From a virus (lineage: Duplodnaviria; Caudoviricetes), in IMG/VR virus record IMGVR_UViG_2929707518_000001, positions 6,335 to 70,334 of that record: a stretch of DNA of 64,000 bases; one strand, 5' to 3'. Shown piece after piece: positions 10,459-20,092 of this stretch. The notes under the pieces are model-generated. The model had not been told where the DNA came from. It did not search any database and saw only the letters and a program-made list of their open reading frames with translations. A program made the translations under genes and the position numbers. The number at the start of each line of letters is the position of its first letter. Positions within the stretch are counted from its first letter, which is position 1.

Positions 10459-10545
10459 GAGGTTCTCCAGGATTGAGGGCGTCGAGGGCGTCAGACCCTG
10501 GCCGTGCCGTGACGCCCTCACATGCGGCACGGCCAGGGAGTTCGG

Positions 10546-11697
10546 TTAGTAAGCCGCCGAGGTCCAGTTCTTGAGAACGACCTGGATGGCGCCGGCATCG
10601 GTGCTGTTGTAGATGCCGTTGATCTCGAAGTCCGCGGTCACGTAGACGCCGCCCGTGTCGTAGCCGCCCTTCGACCAGCCGGGGGTGGTCGTGGTGAGCG
10701 TCAGCGACGCCCCGCCTGCGGTGATGGGCTGGGTGAGGACGGCCGTCGTCGGCTGCGTCTGCAGAGCCTGCAGGTACAAGTTGTAGTCCGCAGTCGATTC
10801 GTAGATCGCCTTGTACTTGATGTCGGCGTCCAGGACGCCCGAGAACACCTCTCGGGGCTGCTGGGACCCGTTGCTGGCGTGGAGGGCGTCCGTCGAGCGC
10901 TTGAGCGTCAGGTCGTAGGACAGGCCGCGGGTGGACGATGCGCCGGCATTGGTCATGGCCCACTGCCAGCCCAGCATCGGCTGCAGGGCGGTGAAGGCCG
11001 GCGCGGCGAGACCGGTCTGAATCGTGGGGATCCAGCCGGTGACCTTGGCGTCGAGCGTTGCCATGCCCTTCGGGTCGATCTTGAAGCCGACCTCGGAGAG
11101 CATGCAGCCCGGATACCCCCACGTCTCGTTCACGTTGCTGTCAACGAAGCTATAGGTGGGCTTGGCCACGCTGGTGCTCTGCTTGAACGTGTGGGTCGTC
11201 TGGGCGGCCACCGCGACCCCCGAGGAGTGCGCGAGCGTCAGACCGGTCGCTGGCGTCGCGATCGGGATGGTGTACGGGCCGGATCCCGACGGCGTGCCCG
11301 TGATCGCGTACTCGGTATTGCCCGCGGTGTCGATGCGGATCGTCGACCCCGCCGGAATCGACGCCGCCGTCGAGATGGACGTAGCGGCAGCCAGCGAGGA
11401 CGACGACAGAGTCGTCGCCACCCCGGCCGTCACCGTATCCGGCCCGATGATCCGCAGGAAATAGCCCAGGCTGTCCGGGTATGCGGACAGTTCTAGGCTG
11501 CCCGACGTCTCCCCCGCGCCCTGGTAGAGGCCCTGCAGGTTGGTGTCGTTGGCCCGGTAGGACACGTCCTTGAGCTGCGTGTACTCGACGTTGAAGTCCC
11601 TCTTGCTGACTGGCAGGTAGAACGTCGGCGCGACGAAAGTGCCCTGTGTGGTCTCTTTGGCGATGCCGAGCCATCCGAGCCGGGAGAGGAGCGTCAT
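10546..11697 (-). CDS. Major tail (tube) protein
   Basis: LGIAKETTQGT N-terminus, THTF motif, size and position. Confidence 0.85.
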   Translation of the reverse strand: MTLLSRLGWLGIAKETTQGTFVAPTFYLPVSKRDFNVEYTQLKDVSYRANDTNLQGLYQGAGETSGSLELSAYPDSLGYFLRIIGPDTVTAGVATTLSSSSLAAATSISTAASIPAGSTIRIDTAGNTEYAITGTPSGSGPYTIPIATPATGLTLAHSSGVAVAAQTTHTFKQSTSVAKPTYSFVDSNVNETWGYPGCMLSEVGFKIDPKGMATLDAKVTGWIPTIQTGLAAPAFTALQPMLGWQWAMTNAGASSTRGLSYDLTLKRSTDALHASNGSQQPREVFSGVLDADIKYKAIYESTADYNLYLQALQTQPTTAVLTQPITAGGASLTLTTTTPGWSKGGYDTGGVYVTADFEINGIYNSTDAGAIQVVLKNWTSAAY

Positions 11698-11909
11698 GCC
11701 GTCTCACCCCCCTCGTCGTCGGTGGTCTTCTTGCCGCGGGCCTTGGCCGTCGGGGGCGCCTCGGTGACGGGTGTCCAGCCGTCGAGGAGCTGCGGGTAGT
11801 CGGCTGTGTCGCCCGGCTCGACGCTGTACGGCGGCTGATCGGGCTGGTCATCGGTGGCGGGCACGCTGGCGAAATGCCAGGCAGTCCCGGTGTCATTGCG
11901 CTGGCGCAC
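11694..11909 (-). CDS. Small hypothetical virion-region protein
   Basis: ATGA overlap with the major tail gene; GGAG RBS. Confidence 0.6.
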   Translation of the reverse strand: MRQRNDTGTAWHFASVPATDDQPDQPPYSVEPGDTADYPQLLDGWTPVTEAPPTAKARGKKTTDDEGGETA

Positions 11910-11975
11910 AGGGCTCTCCCGGAGTCGGGGCGTGGGAAAGCCCCCGGCCAGACGGCTGGGGGCTCAGGGGGCAGG

Positions 11976-12467
11976 TCAGCCGTTGATCTCGATGTCGTCG
12001 GCCGAGTAGCTGATGGTGCAGGTCAGGTCGGCGTTGCCGCGGAGTGACGGCTCGGGGTCGGCGAAGACGACAGTGACCTCGCCGGGATCCTCAGCCACGC
12101 TCAGGAACCGCCCACCGTGCGTTTTGTCCAGCATGAGGCCGCCGACTCGCTGCAGGACGAGGTCCACAGCGCTGTCGAGGGCCTGCTGGGGCGCCTCGGC
12201 GGATCCGGACGGGGAGGATGCAGGCCAGACGATCAGCAGCTCGAAGTTGTACCGGGCCATCCGCCGGACATGCGCGGTACGCACCTCCTGGAGCCGGCGT
12301 CGCATGACGTACAGCTGCCGCCGCCGCTGGACCGGGGTGCGCGGCAGATAGGCCTGCACGACTTCGAAGGGCCCGTCCTGTGCCGCCAGCAGTGCGGGCA
12401 GCCCGTCCGTGGGGTCGAACGCGCACAGCCAGGCCGTCTCCCGGGCGACCGCATCGGCACTGCTCAC
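11976..12467 (-). CDS. Tail terminator-like protein
   Basis: GTG start with GAGGGG RBS; position between the adaptor and the major tail gene. Confidence 0.6.
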   Translation of the reverse strand: MSSADAVARETAWLCAFDPTDGLPALLAAQDGPFEVVQAYLPRTPVQRRRQLYVMRRRLQEVRTAHVRRMARYNFELLIVWPASSPSGSAEAPQQALDSAVDLVLQRVGGLMLDKTHGGRFLSVAEDPGEVTVVFADPEPSLRGNADLTCTISYSADDIEING

Positions 12468-12477
12468 CGAGACCCCC

Positions 12478-13146
12478 TCACGTCCGCTGATAGGTGCAAA
12501 GGATCGCCTCGGCCTGAGCGGAAAGGACACCGCGGTCGTGCCCGAACTGCGTCCCAGTCGGGTCGATCTCGCCGAGGGCAAGACTCGCCGCCAGCAATTT
12601 GCAGGCCCGGCCCAGGTCTGCCGGGGTGGTGACGTACCCGCCGTCGTAGACAACTCGGATCATCGATCCGACCGGCAGGAATGTGCCGAGACTGAACCAG
12701 ACGTGCCCCGAGTCGTTCTCGGCGCCGATCAACGACGCTGCCGCCGCAGTCTGCGAGCCTCCGTAGGACCGCAGCAGCGTCACCTGCAGATTCGAGTACT
12801 CCCACATCTCCGGGTAGCGCGCGGCGAATTCGTTCAGCCACAGGTGCCGGACATGGTCTCCGCCACCCAGGGCGTTGGAGTACGAGCGGCCGATCGTGCC
12901 CTGCAGGTCCATCGGCATGGAGCCGGTGCCCGAGAGCTCATCGGGGTCGATACCCGTCGCCCGGTGCGACTCCGGGACCCCGGTGAACGGGGCGAGCCGG
13001 CGGCCCGCGATGCCCTCACACTGCCGGGTTGCCTCGATCATCAACTGGGAGAGGGCATCGGCCGAGTAGTCGCGGACCAGGTCAGCGAACTGCCCGGCCG
13101 CCATGTCCGCCGCGCTGGCGAGCGGGGTCGGGGAGTCCGCGGCCAT
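12478..13146 (-). CDS. Head-to-tail adaptor
   Basis: EATRQCEGIAGRR and YDGGYVTTPADL motifs; position. Confidence 0.7.
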   Translation of the reverse strand: MAADSPTPLASAADMAAGQFADLVRDYSADALSQLMIEATRQCEGIAGRRLAPFTGVPESHRATGIDPDELSGTGSMPMDLQGTIGRSYSNALGGGDHVRHLWLNEFAARYPEMWEYSNLQVTLLRSYGGSQTAAAASLIGAENDSGHVWFSLGTFLPVGSMIRVVYDGGYVTTPADLGRACKLLAASLALGEIDPTGTQFGHDRGVLSAQAEAILCTYQRT

Positions 13147-13149
13147 CGA

Positions 13150-13443
13150 CTACTCCTGCGGCTTGCTGGCGGCCGTCTTGCGCGCTGCGGTCTTCTTTGC
13201 CGTCGGCGCCTCGACGCCTTCGTCCTTGGGGTCGACCTCGGAGATCTCCCCGTCGTCGTCCTTCGGGTCGTCGCCCTCGGGCTTCTTGCCATCCTGTCGG
13301 ATGACCTCGCTGAAGCCGGCGTCGGGAATGGCCATGAGTGCGGCGATCTGGTCGGCGTCCTCGATTTCGACGACAGCGCCGTCCTCCGGCCAGACATGCC
13401 CGAAGGAGTCGCTGCCAGCTGAGGACTTGCGGATGAGAGCCAT
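13150..13443 (-). CDS. Small acidic/Lys-rich head-region protein
   Basis: AGGAGGAG RBS; follows the capsid gene. Confidence 0.65.
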   Translation of the reverse strand: MALIRKSSAGSDSFGHVWPEDGAVVEIEDADQIAALMAIPDAGFSEVIRQDGKKPEGDDPKDDDGEISEVDPKDEGVEAPTAKKTAARKTAASKPQE

Positions 13444-13499
13444 GAGGGCTCCTCCTTCAGGTTGAGGGCGCGCCGACCGTCAGGCCGGCGCGCCAGGGG

Positions 13500-14870
13500 T
13501 CAGCTGGACAGGGTGGTCGTCACACGGGCCAGACGACCTGTGAACTTCGGCGCCCGCACAGCGAGGGTCGTGTCGGAGCAGATAGCGAAGGGCAGCGTGT
13601 CCGGGCTGGCCGTCGTCGGAAAGACATCGAGCGGCTGGATTTCTCGAACGTAGGGCCGCACGATGTTGTTCTGGTCGCGGGAGATCAGGTAGATGTTCTC
13701 CTGGCCCGTGGTCGGCGGCTTCAGGGAAGCGTTGGTGCCGACGTAGGTCGCCGGGCCCGCAGCGGGAACGGTGGAGCCGTTCTTCGGGGTGAGCTTGGCG
13801 CCGTCGTCCACGATGGACGTGGTGAGGATCGGCGTGACGCCGTCCGCGGCGATGCCGACCGTCGCGTCCACGTAGCCGAGGAGCGTCTCCGTGCCGGTCG
13901 CGGTGCTGCGGTACACCTTGTACACGTTGGGCTGGGAGCCGTCGAGGCCGGCCGGGGTGGAGAAGGACAGCGTCACGGTGGACGTCGCGCCGGTGGTGGC
14001 CTGCGACACCTCGACCGAGGGCAGGATCTCGCCCTGGCGGGCGATGACCGGGGCGATCTGGTAGTAGTACGTCGCCGCGGCGAGCGTGCCGCCCGTGGTC
14101 GCGGTCGCGGTGGTGACCGTGCCCATGCTGAACGCGCGGGCCGACAGGAACGACGACTTCATGATCGGGATGCCTCGGTACGACGGCACGTTCAGACCGG
14201 CCGCGATGTCGAGCCGGTCGAGGAACCGCTGCTGGTTGATGACCAGCTGGGCGACCTTGGACGCGGCGGTCGGCGACATGACCAGCATCCACGACGGGTC
14301 GTAGATGCTCATGGCGGCCTGCTGCTCCACCATGTCGATGAGCTTGTCTAGGGCGCCGAGCGACAGGGATGCGTTGAAGTCGAGGCTGTTCTGCGAGCTG
14401 CCCGAGAAGGTGGAGACGAGGCTGTCGAGGCCGTCGAACTGCGGGTAGCCGCCGAGGGCGGTGGAGGCCGAGTTGCCCCAGCAGATGGCGTTCTCCATGT
14501 CCCAGTACAGGCCCTGGATGGAGCCCTCGATCTCCTGGGCGCGCAGGTCGCCGACGAGCTGCCGGGTCACGGCCTGGCTGTAGCCGGTGACCGCGCCGAC
14601 CGCCTGCAGGTTGCGGATGGTGAACGAGTTCTGCACGTAGGTGCTGTTGGTGACGGGGCGGGCGCCGCCGTCGGAGACGAAGCCGCCCGCGGCGCGCGCG
14701 GTCCGCTGGTTGAAGTAGTACGTCGTCGAGTCCCACTTGCGGGACGGGATCGCGCGCACCAGCGGCGAGTACCGGCGCTGGTACTCCAGCAGCATCGGGT
14801 CGATGATCGTGTTGATGAGCGGAGCAGCACCGGCAGCGGTGAGAGCTTCGCGCAGTTCGTTCTGGGGCAT
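13500..14870 (-). CDS. Major capsid protein with an inserted beta-rich domain
   Basis: 456 aa after the protease/scaffold; QFDGL and MENAICWG motifs. Confidence 0.82.
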   Translation of the reverse strand: MPQNELREALTAAGAAPLINTIIDPMLLEYQRRYSPLVRAIPSRKWDSTTYYFNQRTARAAGGFVSDGGARPVTNSTYVQNSFTIRNLQAVGAVTGYSQAVTRQLVGDLRAQEIEGSIQGLYWDMENAICWGNSASTALGGYPQFDGLDSLVSTFSGSSQNSLDFNASLSLGALDKLIDMVEQQAAMSIYDPSWMLVMSPTAASKVAQLVINQQRFLDRLDIAAGLNVPSYRGIPIMKSSFLSARAFSMGTVTTATATTGGTLAAATYYYQIAPVIARQGEILPSVEVSQATTGATSTVTLSFSTPAGLDGSQPNVYKVYRSTATGTETLLGYVDATVGIAADGVTPILTTSIVDDGAKLTPKNGSTVPAAGPATYVGTNASLKPPTTGQENIYLISRDQNNIVRPYVREIQPLDVFPTTASPDTLPFAICSDTTLAVRAPKFTGRLARVTTTLSS

Positions 14871-15001
14871 GGCAGTGCCTCTCTCGGCAGTGATGTACGA
14901 AGGCCCCCGTCACGGGGGTGGGACGGGGTGGGTGACCATCGCTGCCGAGCGGCACCAGCATGGACGCGCTGGCGGTCAGGGAAGTGCGGGGTGGAGCAGG
15001 G

Positions 15002-16609
15002 TCACTCGGGGGCGTTGCCGCGGGCGCCGAGGACAGCACCGACGGTGGTGGGCGCCACGAACTGCGCCCACTCCTCCGGGGTGAACTCGTGGAGCGGCTT
15101 CGCCGGCCAGCCCTCGGGCAGGCCGGCGCTCCCGCCGGTCGCCGCCGACTCGGTGACCGGCGCGACGAAGCCCTTGCGGGACGGGCCGCCGGTGGCTTCG
15201 ACGTGTTCCTGTACGGCCTGCGGCAGGGCGGCCTTGATGCCCTCGGAGACCAGGCGCTGGATGCGCTGCTCGTCGGTCTCCGTCACGGCGGGCGCCGCGG
15301 GCGCGGCTTCCGCGACCGCTTCGGCCGGGGCCGACTCGACGGCTGCCGGCTGAGGGGCGACCCTCGTGAGGAGGGCCTGGAACTGCTCGTCGGTGAGGGT
15401 GATCCCGCCGGTGGCGGGCACGGCAGCCACCTCGGCGGCCGGGGTGATGGACTCCGCCATGGCGGTCTCCTGTTCCTGGGTGGTTTCGGCCGCCTGGGAT
15501 TCCAGGGCCGGGGTTTCGGGGGCGGTCTCCGTGGCGCCGTCGTCCTCAAGGTCCGCGCCGGCAGCCGCCGGAGGGTCGATGTCGGCGTCCATGTCCGGGT
15601 CGATCGCCGCGATGGCCTGGCAGGCGCCGGCCATCGCGGCACGGCCGACCGCGTCGAGGTCGTGCGGGTCGACGCAGTACGAGGTGACCGTGACGGTGGT
15701 CGGGCCGTTGGTGAGGCTGATCGACATGGAGCCGCCGTGCCCGGGGTCGTCGGAGTAGCCGAGGCACTCGGCGACTTCCTCGGACAGGCGGCCGATCGGG
15801 TCGATCAGCCATCCCTCCTGGGTGGCGACTTCGACGCCGTGGCCGCGCAGCGCCTTGGCGACCCGCTGTCGGATCCGCTTGAGCTGCGCGGCCGTGTAGC
15901 CGCGGGCGATCTCCGACTCGTGCACGCGGGCCCAGGCCGTCTTGGCCCTGGCTTTGGTGTCGAGGGGGTATCGCTTGGCCTTGTCGGCCTGGTATCCGGG
16001 GTCGGCGTAGGTGCCCGCCGACTCGACGGCCGCCGGTTCGACGGCTGTTTCGCTGACGGTGTGCACCAGTGCCTCCTGTACAGATTCGGTGATGAGCACC
16101 CGGCCATCGGGCGCAGACTCCGCCGGACCGGAGCCGGCGGGCGTGTAGGTGTCGACACGTGCCCCGAGGACGCCCGGCTTCCTGGTGAAATCAAGTCCAT
16201 CGAGCTCAAGGTCGTTCGCCGTCTCCCGAGGCTGGCCGTCAGGGCCGACCTCCCGCCGAACTTTGCCGACCCAAGCGCCGCGGATGGATACGCCGCGCAG
16301 GAACGGAGGTCCGTCGGTGGTGTCGACAAGCGCAGCGATCGTGCGACCGGGCCCGGTGTCAGCGATGGCCGCGGTGTAACGGGCCGCACCGGTGTCGTCC
16401 TGCTCAATCGCGGTGATCCGGCCGACGATCTGGGTGCTGTCGTCCTCGGCGCTGTGGTGCGTCAACATCGTCAACGGCTGCATGCCGTCAGCAATGCGTT
16501 CCTGTGCACGAGCGACGGCCTTCCCGATCGCCTCAGCCGTGTAGAGGCGTCCGTTACGGCTGACGCCGGGCACGAGCGCGATGCCGCTGATGGTCCCGAT
16601 GGAAGCCAC
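15002..16609 (-). CDS. Capsid maturation protease / scaffold fusion
   Basis: SRNGRLY, GVSIRG and LDFTRKPGV protease motifs; acidic Ala/Pro scaffold C-terminus. Confidence 0.8.
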   Translation of the reverse strand: MASIGTISGIALVPGVSRNGRLYTAEAIGKAVARAQERIADGMQPLTMLTHHSAEDDSTQIVGRITAIEQDDTGAARYTAAIADTGPGRTIAALVDTTDGPPFLRGVSIRGAWVGKVRREVGPDGQPRETANDLELDGLDFTRKPGVLGARVDTYTPAGSGPAESAPDGRVLITESVQEALVHTVSETAVEPAAVESAGTYADPGYQADKAKRYPLDTKARAKTAWARVHESEIARGYTAAQLKRIRQRVAKALRGHGVEVATQEGWLIDPIGRLSEEVAECLGYSDDPGHGGSMSISLTNGPTTVTVTSYCVDPHDLDAVGRAAMAGACQAIAAIDPDMDADIDPPAAAGADLEDDGATETAPETPALESQAAETTQEQETAMAESITPAAEVAAVPATGGITLTDEQFQALLTRVAPQPAAVESAPAEAVAEAAPAAPAVTETDEQRIQRLVSEGIKAALPQAVQEHVEATGGPSRKGFVAPVTESAATGGSAGLPEGWPAKPLHEFTPEEWAQFVAPTTVGAVLGARGNAPE

Positions 16610-16612
16610 GGC

Positions 16613-17005
16613 TCACCGTCCGATCAGGGAGATCGACGCCTGTGGGAACACGGGGTTCGTGCCACCGACCGTCCAGGTCACCCGACAGACCTGCGGCAGC
16701 ACCATGGAGCCGAGGCCCGCGATGTGCAGGCCGCACGAGACGTTGGTGAAATTCGGTGCGGAGGTCAGCTGCGTGACCTTGGCGACCTGGGGAAACCAGT
16801 GCCCGTCGCAGTCCTGGACGTCGAGCTGGACATCCAGGGTGGGGCTGGTGCCGGTCGACGTGCCGGCGATGTACACGGGCAGCCACAGGTCGGATACGGC
16901 GGCGATGTTGATGGGGCCGCTATCACCGGACGCCGTGAGTCTGGTAGATGCGGACCCGGTGAGGGTCCACAGCGTGCGGGCGACGGAACCGTAGGCGCCG
17001 CTCAT
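16613..17005 (-). CDS. Hypothetical beta-rich virion protein
   Basis: ATG at 17005 with GAGGAGGAG RBS. Confidence 0.65.
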   Translation of the reverse strand: MSGAYGSVARTLWTLTGSASTRLTASGDSGPINIAAVSDLWLPVYIAGTSTGTSPTLDVQLDVQDCDGHWFPQVAKVTQLTSAPNFTNVSCGLHIAGLGSMVLPQVCRVTWTVGGTNPVFPQASISLIGR

Positions 17006-17021
17006 GGACTCCTCCTCAAGG

Positions 17022-18479
17022 TCAGGCAAACCAGCTGGCGAAGTGGGCGAGCGAGACGTCTGCGGCGTAGCAGCAGCGGCATGACGGGTGGAGCGGCATG
17101 CGTGGCTGGTCGCCGATATGCCACGGGCTGCCGGCCTCGGCGTCGATGCAAGAGGAGCAGACCCTGCCGTCTCCAGCGGTGATGATGTCGATCTGAAGGA
17201 CACCCTCGGAGCGGTACAGGGCGAGGGCGCCTTCGTCGGCCGCGGTGGTCATTGCCCAGTCGACGGTGAAGGCCACGGCGCCTTCGTCGGCGGTGAGGAT
17301 GTCCATGGCCGCGTCGATCATCTCGTCGCGGGTCAGGCCGGCTTCCATGCCGTCGGCGAGGGCACTGCCCAGGTCGCCGGCGGCACCGTCTAGGGTGCGG
17401 GCCAGCCAGCCGTCCGCGTCGGCCCACAGCTCGTCGAGGCGTTCCATGGACCGGTAGGCGTCCTTGAAGGCGATGTTCCAGTCGAGGCCGACCTGAGCTC
17501 CGCGTTCGGCCGCGATGGCGACCGCGTTGACCACGCCCTCAGCGCGGCCTGCGGCGATGGCGTCCCGCAGAGCTTGCCGGAGCTTGCCGAAGCCGGTGAC
17601 GTCGATAAGCGCGTACAGCATCTTCTTGGCTGCAGCGACCGCCTCGGCGCGGACCCTCGACCAGTCCGGGCCTCGCGCCTCCGCAAGACCCATCTGGGCC
17701 CTGAACCCGTCGACCGCCGTGGTGACCGCCTGCCGGTCGATGAGCGGCTCCCAGGCGGCACCGACGAGCTTGGTGTGCTTGACCTGCTGCTCTTCGCGAC
17801 GCTGGAAGAGCAGCGCCCACATCCCTTCGAGCCGGCCAAGGTCGATCGTGGCGCGGAGGATGTCCGGGTCGTCGGTCGCTTCGGTCGCAATCTGCATCGC
17901 GGTCCCGCAGGCAACCCGCACGCGCTCAGTCATCGGGCCGCCAGACATGGCCCAGCCGGCAGCGAACGCCTCCCGGGCGACGTCCGCGATGGGGTGCGAC
18001 AGCTCGGCATCGGTGCGGTCGGTGCCGTGGACGGCAGCTAGCGCCGTGAACTCGGCATCCCGGGCCGCGAGCCGGTCGAGGGGCGCCGGCTCGTCGGGGT
18101 CGAGGTAGGTCAGGGAGCAGTGCGCGGTGTAGCCGTGCTCCCGCGGGACTGGGATGCCGTGCTCGCGTAGGGCGTCGAGGGTGTCGCGGCGCAGGCTTTC
18201 GAGGTCAGGCGAGTCGATGAGCGCGACGAGGACGTCCTTGTCGCCACCGGTGAAACGACCGAGGCCTGCGACCTTGGCGGTGAACGGGCGCCGCTCCGCC
18301 AGCTCGGCGACGACCTGGCGGAGTTCGTCGCCGTCGATGTCGTCGGCCTTGCCCAGGTAGGCGACTGTCACGTGGAGCTCGCTGGGGGGCAGGCCACCGT
18401 CGACGGCGAGTTCCTCTGCGAGCTCGGCCGGCGGGTAGAGGGCGATCATGCAGCCGTCGGAGTAGTCCGGGGATCCCAC
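17022..18479 (-). CDS. 2H-phosphoesterase (2'-5' RNA ligase-like) fused to a MuF-like head morphogenesis domain
   Basis: LHVTV and AHCSL HxT/S motifs; C-terminal DGRVCSSC...PLHPSCRC. Confidence 0.8.
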   Translation of the reverse strand: MGSPDYSDGCMIALYPPAELAEELAVDGGLPPSELHVTVAYLGKADDIDGDELRQVVAELAERRPFTAKVAGLGRFTGGDKDVLVALIDSPDLESLRRDTLDALREHGIPVPREHGYTAHCSLTYLDPDEPAPLDRLAARDAEFTALAAVHGTDRTDAELSHPIADVAREAFAAGWAMSGGPMTERVRVACGTAMQIATEATDDPDILRATIDLGRLEGMWALLFQRREEQQVKHTKLVGAAWEPLIDRQAVTTAVDGFRAQMGLAEARGPDWSRVRAEAVAAAKKMLYALIDVTGFGKLRQALRDAIAAGRAEGVVNAVAIAAERGAQVGLDWNIAFKDAYRSMERLDELWADADGWLARTLDGAAGDLGSALADGMEAGLTRDEMIDAAMDILTADEGAVAFTVDWAMTTAADEGALALYRSEGVLQIDIITAGDGRVCSSCIDAEAGSPWHIGDQPRMPLHPSCRCCYAADVSLAHFASWFA

Positions 18480-18495
18480 GCGCACCCCCTGCCGG

Positions 18496-18603
18496 TCAGC
18501 CGACCCGCTTCTTGACCAGCGCTGTGACGTCCTTGGCCCTGAGCGGATGCCCCGGCGGGTCGGGCTGTTGGATGACGGGCCCCGGGTCAGGCGGCGCGCT
18601 CAT
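18496..18603 (-). CDS. 35-aa hypothetical peptide
   Basis: MSAPPDPGPV...KKRVG; overlaps the portal stop and fills the gap. Confidence 0.35.
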   Translation of the reverse strand: MSAPPDPGPVIQQPDPPGHPLRAKDVTALVKKRVG

Positions 18604-20092
18604 CGACGCCCCCGGGTAGCTCAGCGAGGGCTTCCCGCAGTCGCCGCTGATATCGCTGCTTGAGGGTCTCCGTCGGCGGGGGTGGCGCCGGTGCGCCGGG
18701 GGCCTCGGGAAGGTCGGACAGTTCGACTGGCTTGTCGGGCTGCGCGACTGCCATGGCGAGCGTGGTGCCCCTGAGCCGGTTGGCGACGCCGGCCTGCGAC
18801 ATGGCGTCCATGTCGTCCCACTGCACGAAGTTCGTGCGGTCGACGAGTAGAGCCCTGTCTCCGCCTTCGATCGCCGGCTCGCCGATGTCGGCCCGGTACC
18901 GATTGAGGGTCCATGCGCCGCTGCGGAGCCGCATGTCGCGGATCTCCTCGACAACCTTGGAATCCCGCAGGTCAATTTCGGCGAGCTTCAGGCGCCAGCC
19001 CTCTACTCCGAAGCCGACTCTCGCCAGATGGTAGGTGAAGGCTTCGACGACGAGTTCGGCGAGAGGCTGGCAGGTGTTGACCTCGAAGGTGCGGTCTTGG
19101 CTCTCGCCCGTTCCGCCGCCGAGGTTCCCGGACTCGATGATGCCGACCTTGGCGGGCGGCACCCCGTAGGCGGCGATGATCTCGTCGCGTCGCTGGTCCA
19201 GGAACCGGAGGTAGTCGATGGTCCGGGACTGGGCAAGCTCCTGAACCTGGGCCCCGCCCTTGGTGCTGATCGGCGTCCCGATGTTGCGGGGGCCCACGTT
19301 CCGCTGCTGATACTGGGCGTTCCAGCGGTTGATCTCCGCTGGCGAGGCGCTCGCCGGGAAGTCCACGTGGATCTGCGGCGGAGCGCCCTTGCGGAAGATT
19401 TCCTTGCTGGTAGCCGAGGCGAAGAGCCAGCTGGTGATCGGCAGCATGGCCGCCTGAGTCGGCGACACCCCGAACAGGCCCGACCGGGGGGCGTCGAGGC
19501 TGATGTGGATGACCTCGCGCGGCTCGAACGTCGCCCGCTGCCCCAGCTCGGTCACCTGCGCGTAGCCGGTGACCGTACCGTGCTCGTCGGCGATCGGCAG
19601 CATGCTGGGGCAGTCCAGCGAGTACAGGGCGACCGGCTGATTCGCCAGCCACACCACCTCGACGAAAGCGTCTCCGAAGACGAGCAGGTCGGTGATGATG
19701 CCGCGGAGGATTTGCCGGATGTTCTCCCGCGGGTTGCAGTAGGCGATCATGCGTTCCAGGAGCAGCACCTCAGCCGGCTTGTCCGGCTGTTCTTCCCCGC
19801 CGGAACCGTCGCCGGGGTCCCAGTCCATGACCAGGCCGCCGGCCGTGACCGTGCGGGCGATGGCGTTGACGGATGCCCAGGCCCACGGGCAGGCCATGTA
19901 GGCGTCGTACAGCTGAGTCAGGTTGCTGCGCCGGTCAGTCCCGGTGGCTCCGCCGATGCTCTGGCGGGTTTCCGTGAGTCCGCCGGGTCCGATGCCGTAC
20001 TCGTAGCCGGCCCGCTCGGGAAGCTTCGCCGGGGCGGTCTCCAGGACCTCCGCCTGCCCCGTCACCCCCTGCCACCAGGACTTGAGGCTCAT
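18587..20092 (-). CDS. Portal protein (HK97-like)
   Basis: DLLVFGDAF, EVIHI, IAAYGVPPAKVG and TLNRYR motifs. Confidence 0.92.
   Translation of the reverse strand: MSLKSWWQGVTGQAEVLETAPAKLPERAGYEYGIGPGGLTETRQSIGGATGTDRRSNLTQLYDAYMACPWAWASVNAIARTVTAGGLVMDWDPGDGSGGEEQPDKPAEVLLLERMIAYCNPRENIRQILRGIITDLLVFGDAFVEVVWLANQPVALYSLDCPSMLPIADEHGTVTGYAQVTELGQRATFEPREVIHISLDAPRSGLFGVSPTQAAMLPITSWLFASATSKEIFRKGAPPQIHVDFPASASPAEINRWNAQYQQRNVGPRNIGTPISTKGGAQVQELAQSRTIDYLRFLDQRRDEIIAAYGVPPAKVGIIESGNLGGGTGESQDRTFEVNTCQPLAELVVEAFTYHLARVGFGVEGWRLKLAEIDLRDSKVVEEIRDMRLRSGAWTLNRYRADIGEPAIEGGDRALLVDRTNFVQWDDMDAMSQAGVANRLRGTTLAMAVAQPDKPVELSDLPEAPGAPAPPPPTETLKQRYQRRLREALAELPGGVDERAA

Noticed and set aside
4941-17182. 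Long plus-strand ORFs (e.g. 4941-6539, 7565-8806, 14960-17182)
   Set aside because: Antisense shadows of real genes caused by high-GC codon bias; no motifs or RBS.
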